Below, piece after piece: positions 40,001 to 50,231 of a DNA stretch of 64,000 nucleotides (its first letter is position 1; each line of letters begins with the position of its first letter). The position numbers and the translations under genes are program-made. The DNA comes from Octopus bimaculoides (taxonomy: Eukaryota): contig NC_068981.1 of assembly GCF_001194135.2 (NCBI RefSeq), positions 109,177,654 through 109,241,653 on the forward strand. The letters are read 5' to 3'. A model generated the notes under the pieces. The model did no database searches. It saw nothing but the letters and a program-made list of their open reading frames with translations, and was not told the DNA's origin.

Positions 40001-43000
40001 GCACCCATGTAATATTGTAACATTTTTGTAGATACAATACCATCACTTTTAATTAAATTTTTGTAACTATTGTTAAATCATTCAGTGTACCAGTAAAAAG
40101 TTTATAATTAAAAAAAAAACTGTTGATTTTGATGAGCACCATATCTATGTGCATATATATTGATCTTACTCCTCATTCAAGGTTGGCAACCTGCACTAAT
40201 ATTGGTTTTGGACTTTTGTTTGAGATCAAACTGTAATATTTTACTGTTAAATACATTGTCTGAAGTCTTTTGGTAAGAAATTCATCAATGGTTTCATTTG
40301 TCATTTTTTATGACATGGTGTACTAGTGTTTAACACTCTCACCCACATACATTGGAGTATTATTGAGAACATTATGTTATGGGCTGAAGACATATGGCCT
40401 AATAGCTAGTGTGTTTGGCTCACAATCATAAGAATGTGGGTTTCATTCCTTGATCAGGCAAGTGCCTTACTCAGTGCCTTGAGCAAGGCACTTATTTCAT
40501 GTTTGCTCTTGTTTACTCAGTTGAAAATGAGCACCAGCTGAGTCCTGAAGTAACCTTTTCTTCCAGCCATCATGTCCAATGTTGGCATGGATTGCAAAGT
40601 ATAACATTTGAAATGAAATTATCAGTTCATTCTATTTTTTAATCTACTAACTTCATGTCAAATTACTTTTACCTACAAACATTATCAACAGTTACTTTCA
40701 CAACATCTGGTACTAAGATTTCATAAGGTATCTTGTGAATAGAATTTTAGATATTGCAAATATTCATTTTATTTAAACAAAATTAAAATTATAAAAGTTA
40801 CAATATTTTCTTTTTAGCAATTACAGCAAAAAGAATCCTGGGAGAATTTAGAGAGCAACCTTCGAAACCAGATCCAGAAATCAGAGCAAAGCCGTTTGGC
40901 ACTTGAGGAGGATGTTGCTTCTCTGAAGACTGCAAATATTGCCTTAAGAGTTAAAGCAGAAGAAGATATAGCTATTCTCAAGGCTGGCATAAAGACTGAT
41001 AATGTAAGTGTACAGACTTTGAAACGTGTATGGAAGATTACAATGACTGACAAAACAGAATTGATATAGTAAGAGAGGTGAGGGTAAGAGAAAGAAATGA
41101 TGTGTGCTTGGATGTGAGTACATATGAACAGGTAGGTTCACTCTCTACAAATTCATTTTAGACTATATTCAAGGAAAAGCTATTTGATTTGCTTGTCAAA
41201 CTCACCTAGTCTCTTCAGCTGCTATTAGAACTCTGCTAAGCTGTATCTTTCCTCTGTGTTTTGTACTGCTATTACTATTTGCTTCACCAAGAGAACCTCT
41301 GTATGGTCATTGGACCTGATAGAAATAGCAGCTAAATCTCCTTCAAATCACACCCTAACTCACTGGATAATATGATCCTAGGTTCCCTGCACATAGGAAG
41401 AAGATGAATGGCTGCAAATGGAATGCTTGATCATAGGTATACTCACTCAGAGCTAACCTGGGGTTTAACAATAACAACAACAAATGCATTTTCTCCTGCT
41501 CTTCCCATCACTTGCAATATATCACTCTGCTGCTCTGTCTTAAATACATCAATATGTCTGTGGGAAAATACCTCAAGGAAATATTCTACATACTAAATAC
41601 ACATACTGTAGGGTCTCATATATATATTACAATGAATTGAAAAATATTCAATCAACTGAGATTGTCTAAGCAAAAAGTGGATAAAAAACTCTCTTTGGTG
41701 ACATCTAATAATTCTTCTAGTTGACTGCACTTTTTTGTAATTAGTATACCTATTATTAACTCATATACTTCCATGCACCTGTTTTCCGTTTACTTTTGTT
41801 GTTATTGTTGTTTAGCTCCAGGTCAGCTTTATTGAACTGATCTGTGATCAAAGACATTCCAGCCATGACTATCTTATCTTTTTCCAGCCATAGTATATCT
41901 AGGACTACATCATATAATGTGCTCTTAATTTTTCTAAGATAGTGATTTGAAGGAGAAATGGCAGCTTTCACTTTCATCCTTTGTTCATTTCTTCCATTAC
42001 TGTCCTGTATCCATTTTGTTTCAGCCGGTACTTTATTTGGATTGCTTCATGGAATTTAGTTTTTATCTTATCTCCATGGCTAAGAATCTCTACCTTCACA
42101 AGATCATCTCACAGTTGGTCTATCTATTCCTGTAATTGCCCAGGATTCTCTTTCTTTTTCTTTTCATTTTTTTTATATTGTGATATCATCACTCCAAATT
42201 TACTATCATCATCATCATCATCATCATCATCATTTAACCTTTATTATTTCTGTTTTAGGATCTACGTTATGAGCAGCTTCAAAATAAAATATTTCTCATT
42301 GAAAGTTCCAAGGAAGACTTTAAAAAGCAATGGGAAACTTCACAGCAACAACTGAATGATATGAACAATGTATGTAATTCTAACTAAATTATACTTTTTA
42401 TTAATTTTCATTTCTATACCTATTTCTCATGCTGACATAAGTTTTTAAAAATGGTTGCATTATTTTCTTTTTCTCTCCCTCTTTCTCTTCCCCTCTCTCT
42501 CCTTTCTCTTTCCCTTTTTCTCTCTTTCTCACTCAATTTTAATGTTACATTCTAAAGAGAATTTAAAATGGTTAAAACAGAAATCAATCCCTGTTGCTCA
42601 TTTAATTCAATGAATTTTCTCCATGTTATTTTCATATCTCTTCCTATGATGGAATATGTTAAGTAGTTCTACTTCTTTTTGTTGGTACTCATTCTCCAAT
42701 CAGCCTCTCCTTTTTTGAAAATCTTTTATGGTTTGCTGTGGATTATAAGGACACCATAGCTTTCTAAGTAATTAAATATCTGAGTAATCTGGGATTTTGA
42801 TTTGCATCAGTACAGTGATCAAGCATTCTATTCATGAGCAAAAATACAAAATAAATAAAGTGCAATAAAACATAAAAAGCAACAGCACAAAGTCTTGCAA
42901 GGTTTGGTTGATATGACAATGTTTACTGTGACAATCTTCATGTAACACCTCCATTACATGTGGCACAATTGTGTTAGTCATCTTTACTGAAGACAAGCCT

Positions 43001-43204
43001 GATGATTCAAGAATGAGCATAATTTCCTGTCATATAACCTTTTCTACTCTAGGCACAAGGCCCGAAATTTTGGGGGAGGGGGCACAGTTGATTAGATCAA
43101 CTCCAGTATGCAACTGGTACTTAATTTATTGATCCTGAAAGGATGAAAGGCAAAATCAACCTTGGTTGAATTTGAACTCAGAACATAAAGACAGACAAAA
43201 TATT

Positions 43205-43276
<72 letters not shown>

Positions 43277-46200
43277 GTAATGTTTCTTAACCCCTTAGTA
43301 TTTAAACTGGCCATATCTGGCCAAAATATTCTACCTGTTTTATGTTCAAACTGACCAGATCTAGCCTCTCACACCTATCCTACAATATCAATCTAAAAAT
43401 AAATTACTCCTTCATCAAAATCTTGCAACTATGGAATAATGCATGATTAATTCAAAGCAATGTGAATAAATAAGCAAATATTGGATGTCACTTTCACTTT
43501 TCATTACCACACAAGGATAAAATTAACTTGCAAGTGGCCGAGTACTCCACAGACATTAATGTAGGTCTCAGGGAGATTCAGCCTCACATGGAATATGACA
43601 AGGCTGGCCCCTTTGAATTATAGCTACAACTCATTTTGACCAGCTGAGTGGACTGGAGCAAGATAAACCTTCAAGTGGTTGGAAGAAAATGAAAAAAGAT
43701 CCTATATAGGGGCAGGAAAGGTTTTTTTAGTCGTTACGGTCACTATGGGTGTTAATCCAGTCCTAACAGTGGCATTTGTGGGTCTCACAGATCCCAAGGC
43801 CAAGCCCCCGCCACCGATGAACACCGATGCACAGGCTGTTGTTATCAAACTGGGTGTGAGTCAAGGGTGAATACACAACGGAATAGCAATTATTTCATCT
43901 TAGCTTTCACTGCTTAAACTAAATACAAGAGTGAAGCAATAGAGTGAAACAATAGAGACAGAGAAAAGAACGCATCAATCATTTACAATGAAATACGATC
44001 GATCTTTTCTAGCATCTTTTAACAATGAAGAAGAGGGAAAGACATTTAGTAATGAAGAGAGGGAAAGTCTTTCAGGTGTTTACATTTTTATTCTGGGAGT
44101 TCTACCCCCGGTACTTATTCATCTTCTTTCATAGTTCTCCATGACTTTTAGTTGGGGGGACATTGAAAGGTAAGTCTTGTGAGATTGTTGAGATGCTTGA
44201 ACGGAGACATGTAGATTTGTGCTGCATCCAAGAAGTAAGGTGGAGAGGAAGTTCTGCTAGGTTCCTCATAGGCAAAGAACATAGGTATAAGATTTTCTGG
44301 GTAGGGAACACTGATGGAGTTGGGGGTATGGGTATACTTCTTGCAGAGAAATGGGTCAATAAGGTAACCAAGATAGTCAGAGTCTGTGATAGAATACTTA
44401 AGCTTAGACTAGTGCTGCAACATGGATTAGCAACCATTACCTCAGCTTATGAACAGAAAGACTGATTTTATGACACCCTCTTGAAGACTACCTTGTCGGC
44501 GAATGACAGGGACCTTCTCTTTGTGGCTGGTGACTTCAACGAGCATGTTAGACAACATCCTAATTCCAGCAGTGATGAGGGAACCAAGCTGCTGGAGTTC
44601 TGTGATGCAAATGATTTTATGATCTGTAATACTAACTTGAGAAAACCTGCCAGTCACCTGTTCACTTACCAGTCTGGTGAGCACACTAGTCAGATTGACT
44701 ACATTCTCACCAGGAAATGGGAAATATAGTTACTTATAAATGCCAAAACTTTCCCAGGTGAAGAATGTACTCCACAACATAGGTTAGTAGTTAGCAACTT
44801 TAGAATCAGGGCTAAATGGCTGCCCAGAAGACGACCAACATGGAAAAGAAGGGTCTGGAAGCTTAATGATCCTCTGAATGGACAAAGATTTAGAGATGTA
44901 TTACTTCAAGCTTTTGACGAAAAAGGGGAGGATATAGCATCATATAATGTGAAGGACAACTGGATGTTTCTACGGGACAACCTGTTGAGGGCCTCTGACC
45001 AGATCTGTGGCTGGTGCAAAGTCCCATCTTGACCTAAGGTAATGTGGTGGTGGAACAATGTAGTTGACAGGGCCATTAGGGAAAAGAAACAGGCATGGAA
45101 GGACTAGAAGTGTGGTGGTAGCAGGGAACAGTATCAGATCATCAGAAGAAAAGCTAGGAGACAGGTTCACTTAGCCAGAGAAGAAGCAGATAAGAAAAAA
45201 TTTGCCAATGTTCTGCATCATGAGGATCAGAGACTTGAAGTGTTTTGTATTGCAAGACAGTGTGTGAGAGAGAATCGTGATATCATAGTAGAGAAATGTG
45301 TCAGCATGGATGATGGCTCACTTGCTTTTAATGATGCTGCAAAGAGAGAGACTTGGAGATGCCACTATGAAAAGTTGCTAAATGAAAAAAATGAATGGGA
45401 GAAAGAGAGTCTGCCAAATGTTGACCCAACAGAGGGACCAGCTATTCGAATTGACAGTACCTTGGTAGATAAAACAATTAAGGGTATGAAGACAGGGAAA
45501 GTTCCTGGCCCATCAGAAATAACTGCAGAGATGCTTAAAATATCTGGCAGTGTAGGCTATAGTCTAGTCACCCATGTAGTCAACCAGGTGATACATAAAG
45601 GGGTCATACCCAATGACTGGTGTACTAGCACTATAGTCAACTGCTCCAAAGGTAAAGGTGACACATTAGACAGGAATAATTACAGAGGTATCAAATTGTT
45701 AAACCAGGTGATGAACGTCAGAGTGGGTTATAGCCCGACTAGGAAGAGAGTTAGTTTAGACAAGATACAGTTTGGGTTTGCGTCAGGGCGAAGCATCACT
45801 GATGCTGTATTTCTGGTAAGACAGCTGCAGGAGAAATTCCTAGCAAAAGGTAAACCTCTGTACTTGGCTTTCGTTGACATGGAGAAAGCCTTTGACAGGG
45901 TTCTCCAATCCCTTATCTGGTGATCAATGTGGAAACTAGGGAGAGATGAGTGGTTGGTGAGAGCTGTACAAGCCATGTATATGGATGCTGTCAGTAAGGT
46001 GAGGGTTGGCAACGAGTATAGTGAAGAATTCCAGGTAGAAGTAGAGGTTCACCAAGGACCAGCCCTCAACCCCCTCTTATTCATCATAGTCCTCCAAGCA
46101 ATAACAGAGGAATTCAAGACAGGATGCCCCTGGGAGCTCCTCTATGCTGATGACCTTGTTGCACTAATGGCTGAGTCACTACCAGAACTAGAGAAGTTTC

Positions 46201-48988
46201 AGGTGTGGAAGCAAGATCTAGAATCAAAGGACCTTAGAGTTAATATAGCAAAAATCGAAGTCTTAATAAGAAAGAAGGCAGACAAATCACAAATCCTTTC
46301 ATGTAGATGGCCCTGCTTGATCTGTAGAAAAGGCATAGGTAGAAACTCCATAAGATGTACCCGGTGTAAGCTATGGACATGTAAGAGGTGCAGCAATATC
46401 AAAGGAAGGTTAACTAAGAAGATAGTTTTTGTGTATGGCAGATGCACTGGGGCAATAATCACTGAAGATGTAGAGAAAACAGATTCCATCACATGCCAGG
46501 GGGTAAAACTAGAAGTATTTGATAGCTTCTGCTACTTAGGTGACCAAGTTAGTAATGGGGGTAGATGCTCTGAGAGCGTAGATGCTAGAATAAGAATAGG
46601 CTGGGCTAAGTTCAGAGAGCTCCTACTTCTGCTGGTAACAAAGGGCCTCTCACTCAGAGTGAAAGTAGACTGATGCATGTGTGTTAATAGTCATGCTACA
46701 CGGCAGTGAAACATGGACTATGACTGCTGAGGATATGCATAGGCTTGAAAGAAATGACGCTAGTATGCTCCGCTGGATGTGTAATGTCATTGTCCATACA
46801 CGACAGTGTAAGTGCCTGAGAGAAAAGTTGAACATAAGAAGCATCAGATGTAGTGTGCAAGAGAGATGACTGCACTGGTATGGTCACGTATTGCATATGG
46901 ATGAGGACAGCTGTGTGAAGAAGTGTCTCACCCTAACAGTAGAGGGAACCTGTGGAAGAGGTAATCCTAGGTCTTCCTGGGTCTACCTCTTCCACAGGTG
47001 GTGAAGCACGACCTTCAAACATTGGACTTCACAGAAGCAATGACTAGCAGCCAAGACCTTTGGAGATATGCTATGCTTGAGAAGACCTGGCAAGTCAAGT
47101 GAGATCATAGCTGATGCCAGTGTCACATAACCGGCCTGTTTAAAAGTACCCTTCAATTGTTGGGCAAAATGCTGTGCTTGAGAAGACCTGTTGAGTCAAA
47201 TGAAATCATTGTTGTGGCCAATGCCTGTGCTGCCTGAATGGCACCCGTGCCAGTGGCATGTAAATGTGGTCAATGTCAGTGCCACCTAACTGGCTCCCAT
47301 GCTGGTGGCACATAAAAAGCACCATTCGAGCATGGTCAATGCCAGTGCCACCTGACTGGCTCCCATGCTGATGGTGCATAAAAAACATCATCCAAGCATA
47401 GTCAATGCCAGGGCTGCCTGACTGGCCCCCACGCCGTGGCACATAAAAAGCACCCACTGCACTCTCAGAATGGCTGGCATTAGGAAGGGCATCCAGCTGT
47501 AGAAACCTTGCCAGAACAGATTGGAGCCTGGTGCAGCCTCCTGGCTTACCAATCCTCAGTCAAACCATCCAATCCATGCCAGCATGGAAAGCAGACGTTA
47601 AACAACGATGATGATGATGATGTTATATTTCTTGTATACTTTAAGAGAGGCATAGACAACTTTTTTTGAGAAGCAAATCACATGTGACATGGCTCATCAT
47701 CAAGTGGGTCAATTACTAAAAAAATTGAAGGTAATTTTTCATTAGGCTTGCCATTCAGAAGGTCTCCTGGGCTACTTCAAGAGAATCATAACAATATCCA
47801 AGTAGTTAAGATATCAGTTATAACTGGAGAAATATAAGTTCATATCCCATTGCTAGCTGAAGTATTTAGTCTACAATATTCAAGATTTCACTGTCTTGTC
47901 TCACAAGAATAGAGAATTTCTTCAGATAGCAACACTTATTCAATAATATGGGTAAAAATATGTAGAAATGAAGTGATTTTTAAGGAAGTTGTAAAACATT
48001 ATAATATCCATTGACAGGATATTTACCTTATATATTTTATGATAGTGCATTTTTAATGTATTCCAAATCAAATGGATTTATTTTAGAAATTAGCCAGGAA
48101 AGAAACAGAGAAGGAAGCAGAAACTGGAAAATACAAGATGGAAATTAACCAGTTACACAGCAAATTAGATGCAGAAGCTCAAATCCAGAGAGAACTGAAA
48201 AACAAACTGTTAGAAATGGAACAAAAGTTGTCTGGTAAATTTAATTATCTTTGCTTGATGGATATTTAATTAAATGGAACTGAAATTAAATACAGATCTA
48301 CTTTTTGCATGAAAATGTATTGAGAAACTGATCTATGCAGTCTACAATTCCCAGATCTATTTCGTAGCAGTGTTGGGATGAAGGTTGCTGGTAGACTGCA
48401 ATTTGATGTTTAATAACCTTATTATGGAAGGAGGGTGTTATGTTACATTGTTTCACTTTTGAATAAAGGAGTGTATGGCTCTGTAGTAATATTAAAAATA
48501 AATCTTTAATAAAATATTTCTTCTCAGTGTCTGAACTTTAATTTGATCAGTCGACAGACAAATCAACATAACACTCTCTTTCCTGTTATATGCTCACTAA
48601 ATCTTACCTTACTCAGGGTAGCTGCAATTCTAGCCCAATGCTGGTGTACAAGTATGATAGAAAATTTTACAGTGAGTAAGTTTGAGTAAAAGAGAGGAGA
48701 ATTAAATTTTAAATTTATTAAAACTAATACTTAAACACAAAAATGATTTTATTCATTGTTGCAAATATGCATTTTCATTTATAATAGTTTATGATTTTTT
48801 TAAATGTATTTACAGAACATGATAACATTTACAAAGTAATGATGAAAAAACATGAAGTAGAGTTGGCAAGCTTACATGAACAACTTCGTACAAAAGGTAG
48901 CCAATTAAATTGCCTTTGCGATGAAGTAACACAGCGAGCTCAGTCTTTACAATCAGCTGTATCAATCACCAGGACATCACTTTCCTGA
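1593..48988 (+). CDS. LRRC45: Leucine-rich repeat-containing protein 45 (centrosome linker), spliced gene with 14 exons in window; N-terminal exons not found
   Basis: Hand-spliced join(1593-1663,3485-3663,9641-9769,12146-12258,19080-19138,20916-20993,22353-22488,26959-27036,33269-33380,35491-35561,40818-41003,42259-42369,48087-48234,48816-48988) = 1644 nt, open to TGA. All junctions are GT-AG and phase-compatible. Peptides (GNQIRG, LEWNDLG, LDIRNNQVTH, DLKWNKVGLTGGRAL, DLAGNDIP, RLALEE, RAQSLQSAV) are collinear with human LRRC45 as recalled. Confidence 0.93.
3485..3663 (+). CDS. LRRC45: LRRC45 exon (LCLEWNDLG...LDIRNNQVTH...TLQVI)
   Basis: catcaAG acceptor, GTaagt donor, 179 nt, two LRR motifs. 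Confidence 0.93.
3920..7577 (+). mobile_element. Degenerate near-full-length RTE-clade LINE
   Basis: APE endonuclease (CCIQEVRW, GNINGHVG, QIDYIL) and RT (TDAIFLVRQLQEKY, FIDMEKAFDRV, LYAD) fragments with stops and frameshifts; hairpin-repeat 3' UTR; (GAT)n tail. Confidence 0.92.
4011..4325. mobile_element. Fold-back insertion inside the RTE with 15-bp TSD
   Basis: CTTGAACAGAGACAT at 3996-4010 and 4326-4340; 40-nt inverted arms 4011-4050 / 4198-4237 (38/40). Confidence 0.8.
8200..8392 (-). mobile_element. tRNA-derived SINE (family 1; further copies near 18160-18355, 19322-19531, 19722-19930, 43040-43200)
   Basis: Recurrent shared body (GAAAGGATGAAAGGCAAAGT, TTTGAACTCAGAAC, GCATTTTGCCC...CTGCCAGCT); the reverse strand has a tRNA-like head. 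Confidence 0.8.
9418..9560. repeat. Compound (TAA)n/(TAG)n/(TGA)n microsatellite
   Basis: Trinucleotide runs directly visible. Confidence 0.95.
9641..9769 (+). CDS. LRRC45: LRRC45 exon (DLKWNKVGLTGGRALL...DLAGNDIPCDIVSSI)
   Basis: ttttcAG acceptor, GTatgt donor, 129 nt. Confidence 0.93.
9838..10018 (-). mobile_element. RTE 3'-end fragment (similar short copies near 24410-24620, 27510-27640, 33500-33725)
   Basis: (CAT)n-GTTTAACGTCCG...CCATGCTAGCATGGGTTGGAC is the reverse complement of the RTE tail at 7540-7577. Confidence 0.85.
10833..12060 (-). mobile_element. 5'-truncated RTE LINE
   Basis: ORF fragments (GRLYDACVQTAMLHSSETW, RRLCWYGHV, KLWTHKRCSNI) and a 3' tail matching other copies; ends about 85 nt upstream of an LRRC45 exon. 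Confidence 0.9.
12146..12258 (+). CDS. LRRC45: LRRC45 exon (SSLLCNQKLQ...KTHILCKQYRHLESENKKQ)
   Basis: ttgtAG acceptor, GTaatt donor, 113 nt, phase-compatible. Confidence 0.87.
14394..15525 (+). mobile_element. piggyBac-family deletion derivative nested in the Gypsy element
   Basis: TTAA at 14390-14393 and 15526-15529; TIR CCCTTTCATTACTA / TAGTAACGAAAGGG; acidic N-terminus SSSDSEFEGFS and LPRITNYWS transposase motif on either side of the gap. Confidence 0.85.
14733..15171. other. Assembly gap (439 N)
   Basis: Run of N. Confidence 1.
19080..19138 (+). CDS. LRRC45: LRRC45 exon (VLNLMDKLSCTQEYLNHEK)
   Basis: tatacAG acceptor, GTaatt donor, 59 nt. Confidence 0.85.
20120..20306 (-). mobile_element. 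Partial piggyBac-type MITE (related copy near 49230-49476)
   Basis: Ends in CAAAAGGGTTTAA; body shared with the 49.2-49.5 kb copy; one terminus missing. Confidence 0.55.
20916..20993 (+). CDS. LRRC45: LRRC45 exon (NSGHQLMQLKETLKEKNQAFNELFS)
   Basis: ttttcAG acceptor, GTaagt donor, 78 nt. Confidence 0.87.
22353..22488 (+). CDS. LRRC45: LRRC45 exon (FTQTDTELTLMKEK...ELHQERE)
   Basis: ttttaaAG acceptor, GTaagt donor, 136 nt, coiled-coil composition. Confidence 0.85.
22850..23200 (-). mobile_element. CR1-group LINE 3' fragment
   Basis: YAVIYI*KILEGIVPNFGI and GPQLFNMLSKSLRDLHKVDVGVFKSKLDLFLSKVP, typical of a CR1-group ORF2 C-terminus. Confidence 0.75.
25140..25750 (+). mobile_element. Old, highly decayed RTE 3' fragment
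   Basis: Residual VVDSFYY and RIGWIKFGEL similarity plus a degenerate CCATCTAACCTATGCAAGCATGG tail. Confidence 0.65.
26959..27036 (+). CDS. LRRC45: LRRC45 exon (DFRNKEKNLVKDLSEASSKSIQLECK)
   Basis: tttcacAG acceptor, GTgagt donor, 78 nt. Confidence 0.88.
27648..27867. mobile_element. piggyBac-type MITE, 220 bp (partial copy near 43290-43490)
   Basis: Termini CCCTTTAGTATT / AATACTAAAGGG; right flank TTAA, left flank GTAA. Confidence 0.78.
28500..29118 (+). mobile_element. RTE endonuclease fragment, 3'-truncated
   Basis: EIIEMLER..DVCSVQEVR, GNFNGHVG, LLEFCDANDLMICNTNFKKPASHLIT, QIDYLL. Confidence 0.88.
29145..29755 (-). mobile_element. Mariner fragment (mellifera-like), both ends missing
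   Basis: VPHEL, TSDEKW, VWWDWKGILHYELL, FQHDNARPH, PHPPYSPD. Confidence 0.88.
29751..30666 (-). mobile_element. Mariner element of the same family as 387-1125, 3'-truncated
   Basis: 5' leader and TIR match 387-570; HTH region, KFVPCLL, ITGDKNWVY; ends at DNAPCHQ. Confidence 0.85.
31500..32115 (-). mobile_element. RTE LINE 3' fragment
   Basis: ORF 31562..31894 (RLERNKSSMLHW...RRLHWLGY...GRRKPRKTW). Confidence 0.88.
32501..32537 (-). ncRNA. Minimal type I hammerhead ribozyme motif with variant core CUGUUGA, in a CpG-rich PLE-type repeat (about 32400-32570)
   Basis: Minus strand reads UCUUU-CUGUUGA-A-GAGC(GUA)GCUC-GAAA-CG-UC-AAAGA: 5-bp stem I, 4-bp stem II, palindromic minimal stem III. Confidence 0.65.
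33269..33380 (+). CDS. LRRC45: LRRC45 exon (LSDSETKCHALQEQVFELKE...EVQNK)
   Basis: cttttAG acceptor, GTagat donor, 112 nt, supplies the phase required by the next exon. Confidence 0.87.
34003..34064. repeat. (TG)n microsatellite inside a decayed SINE
   Basis: Perfect dinucleotide run. Confidence 0.95.
34645..35332 (+). mobile_element. hAT (Charlie-like) non-autonomous element
   Basis: TIR CAGGGATGAGCAAC / GTTGCCCATGCATG; 8-bp TSD TTCTAGAT / TTATAGAT (7/8); shorter copy near 54209-54462. Confidence 0.78.
35491..35561 (+). CDS. LRRC45: LRRC45 exon (MLEQKRNEFNEKIKHFEEIQKKE)
   Basis: cctgcAG acceptor, GTatgc donor, 71 nt. Confidence 0.87.
38643..39318 (+). mobile_element. RTE 3' UTR-only copy with expanded internal repeats
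   Basis: No ORF; two tandem copies of about 100 nt, four hairpin units of about 60 nt, canonical (GAT)n tail; CpG-rich. Confidence 0.87.
39545..39929 (-). mobile_element. tRNA-derived SINE with internal (CA)/(TA) repeat (family 2); head duplicated at about 39961-40007; partial copy near 63235-63420
   Basis: Reverse strand begins AGGCACAGGAGTGGCTGTGTGGTAAGAAGC...GGTTCAGCTCC with A/B-box-like motifs; body shared among copies. Confidence 0.8.
40818..41003 (+). CDS. LRRC45: LRRC45 exon (QLQQKESWENLE...SRLALEEDV...IKTDN)
   Basis: tttttAG acceptor, GTaagt donor, 186 nt; second in-frame AG 9 nt downstream. Confidence 0.88.
42259..42369 (+). CDS. LRRC45: LRRC45 exon (DLRYEQLQNKIFLIE...LNDMNN)
   Basis: gttttAG acceptor, GTatgt donor, 111 nt. 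Confidence 0.87.
43204..43278. repeat. (GTA)n microsatellite (source of the poly-Val pseudo-ORF)
   Basis: Trinucleotide run. Confidence 0.95.
43690..43870 (-). mobile_element. Possible CRE-like non-LTR retrotransposon fragment
   Basis: Minus frame reads TQFDNNSLCIGV..RGLGLGICETHKCHC, resembling the RIAVGLRLG..CEPH.C.C segment of REL-type LINEs; recalled similarity only. Confidence 0.4.
44157..47622 (+). mobile_element. Degenerate near-full-length RTE-clade LINE
   Basis: EN (GTLKGKSCEIVEMLERRHVDLCCIQEVRWRG), RT ORFs 45240..45923 and 45927..46673 (FVDMEKAFDRV, ELLYADDL), hairpin-repeat 3' UTR, (GAT)n tail. Confidence 0.95.
48087..48234 (+). CDS. LRRC45: LRRC45 exon (KLARKETEKEAE...LLEMEQKLS)
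   Basis: attttAG acceptor, GTaaat donor, 148 nt. Confidence 0.87.
48816..48988 (+). CDS. LRRC45: LRRC45 terminal coding exon (HDNIYK...RAQSLQSAVSITRTSLS*)
   Basis: tttacAG acceptor, TGA at 48986-48988; matches ORF track 48791..48988. Confidence 0.9.
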
Positions 48989-49059
48989 AACATTTTTCAC
49001 TAATCCATAAAAGAATTTACCATAATTTTTTCTATTCCATATGTTTTTACTTGATTAAC

Positions 49060-49081
49060 AAAAAAAAAAAAAAAAAAAAAA
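49060..49081 (+). repeat. Genomic A22 tract 71 nt after the LRRC45 stop codon
   Basis: Homopolymer visible in sequence. Confidence 0.95.
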
Positions 49082-50231
49082 GAACTTTAATTAACATTTA
49101 GTTATTTAAAGACAGCCATTTCCCCTCTCCACCAATTCAATAATATTTGCATTACTGTTGACTTTGCATTTCATTGGTTTGTTGATTTTTCCTATTGTAG
49201 TTAAGTAAGTATATCTGGACCAGTTAATCATCTTGTGACTATATTTCTAATGAAATACTTTGTGTTTTAATTAATTTTCAAAATAAGCAAGAATTTAATT
49301 TAGCAAAGATTTAGTAAATTAATACTTTGTCATTACAAATTTGGTGTTTGGAACATAAAAGAATTCTTATATAAAATTTTTAGAAGTTGGTTTTAAATTA
49401 GATATGAACATTTTAAAACATCATTTTCTTTCATTGTAATAGGGGTGGTTTCAAGCGAGTTAGTATCAAAGCAGTTAAATTAAACTTTACTGTTGTGTAC
49501 AACCTGCTGAGCACACATATCTGTATATAAATTAATATTTTCATAACATTCTATATCAGTTAGTTTATTGTGAGACACAAAGTCTGTGACTCTTGGCCCA
49601 TCAATGTCACTCACTCCATAACATTGAAACATATTTCTTTATGAAGTTTTTCACTGTTTTCATATTTAAACATCATCGATAATAATAAGGGGTAAAATAA
49701 GAAACTGATGACTAAAATGGGATCCTTTTTAGTTCTCAGAAATATCTGAGGTAAGTTCTTTGAGAGATCTTTTAGGATATATTCTGTGGCAATAAGTCAA
49801 AGTCAAATTAAAATGGATAGAAATCATGTTGATGGGAAATTAGATTCTGATTAATTTATCTTAAATAAAAAGAATAATATAGACCAATACACAAATGTTT
49901 CAAAGATATATTTAAGAAATCATGATAATTTGTTGATTCCAAATAATTTTTTCTCTTTTTTTAAATTAAGTATTTGTCAAATAAAAATTTTACAGATTTA
50001 AAATAAAACTGAGGAAAATTTTGTGTGTCTGCTTCTTTTTTATTGTTTTTTGCTTGTGCATGTAATGTGTACATCTCAGAGATGTATAAGTATAAATTTG
50101 TATTTGCACAAAAACTGGAAAGAAAGCAAATATATAGTTACTGGAAATTTTCTCTAAAGAAATAAGTTGTGAATGTTTGTATGCAGCATCTAAGATGTGT
50201 ATATGTATTGAAATACATATATTGGTATGTA

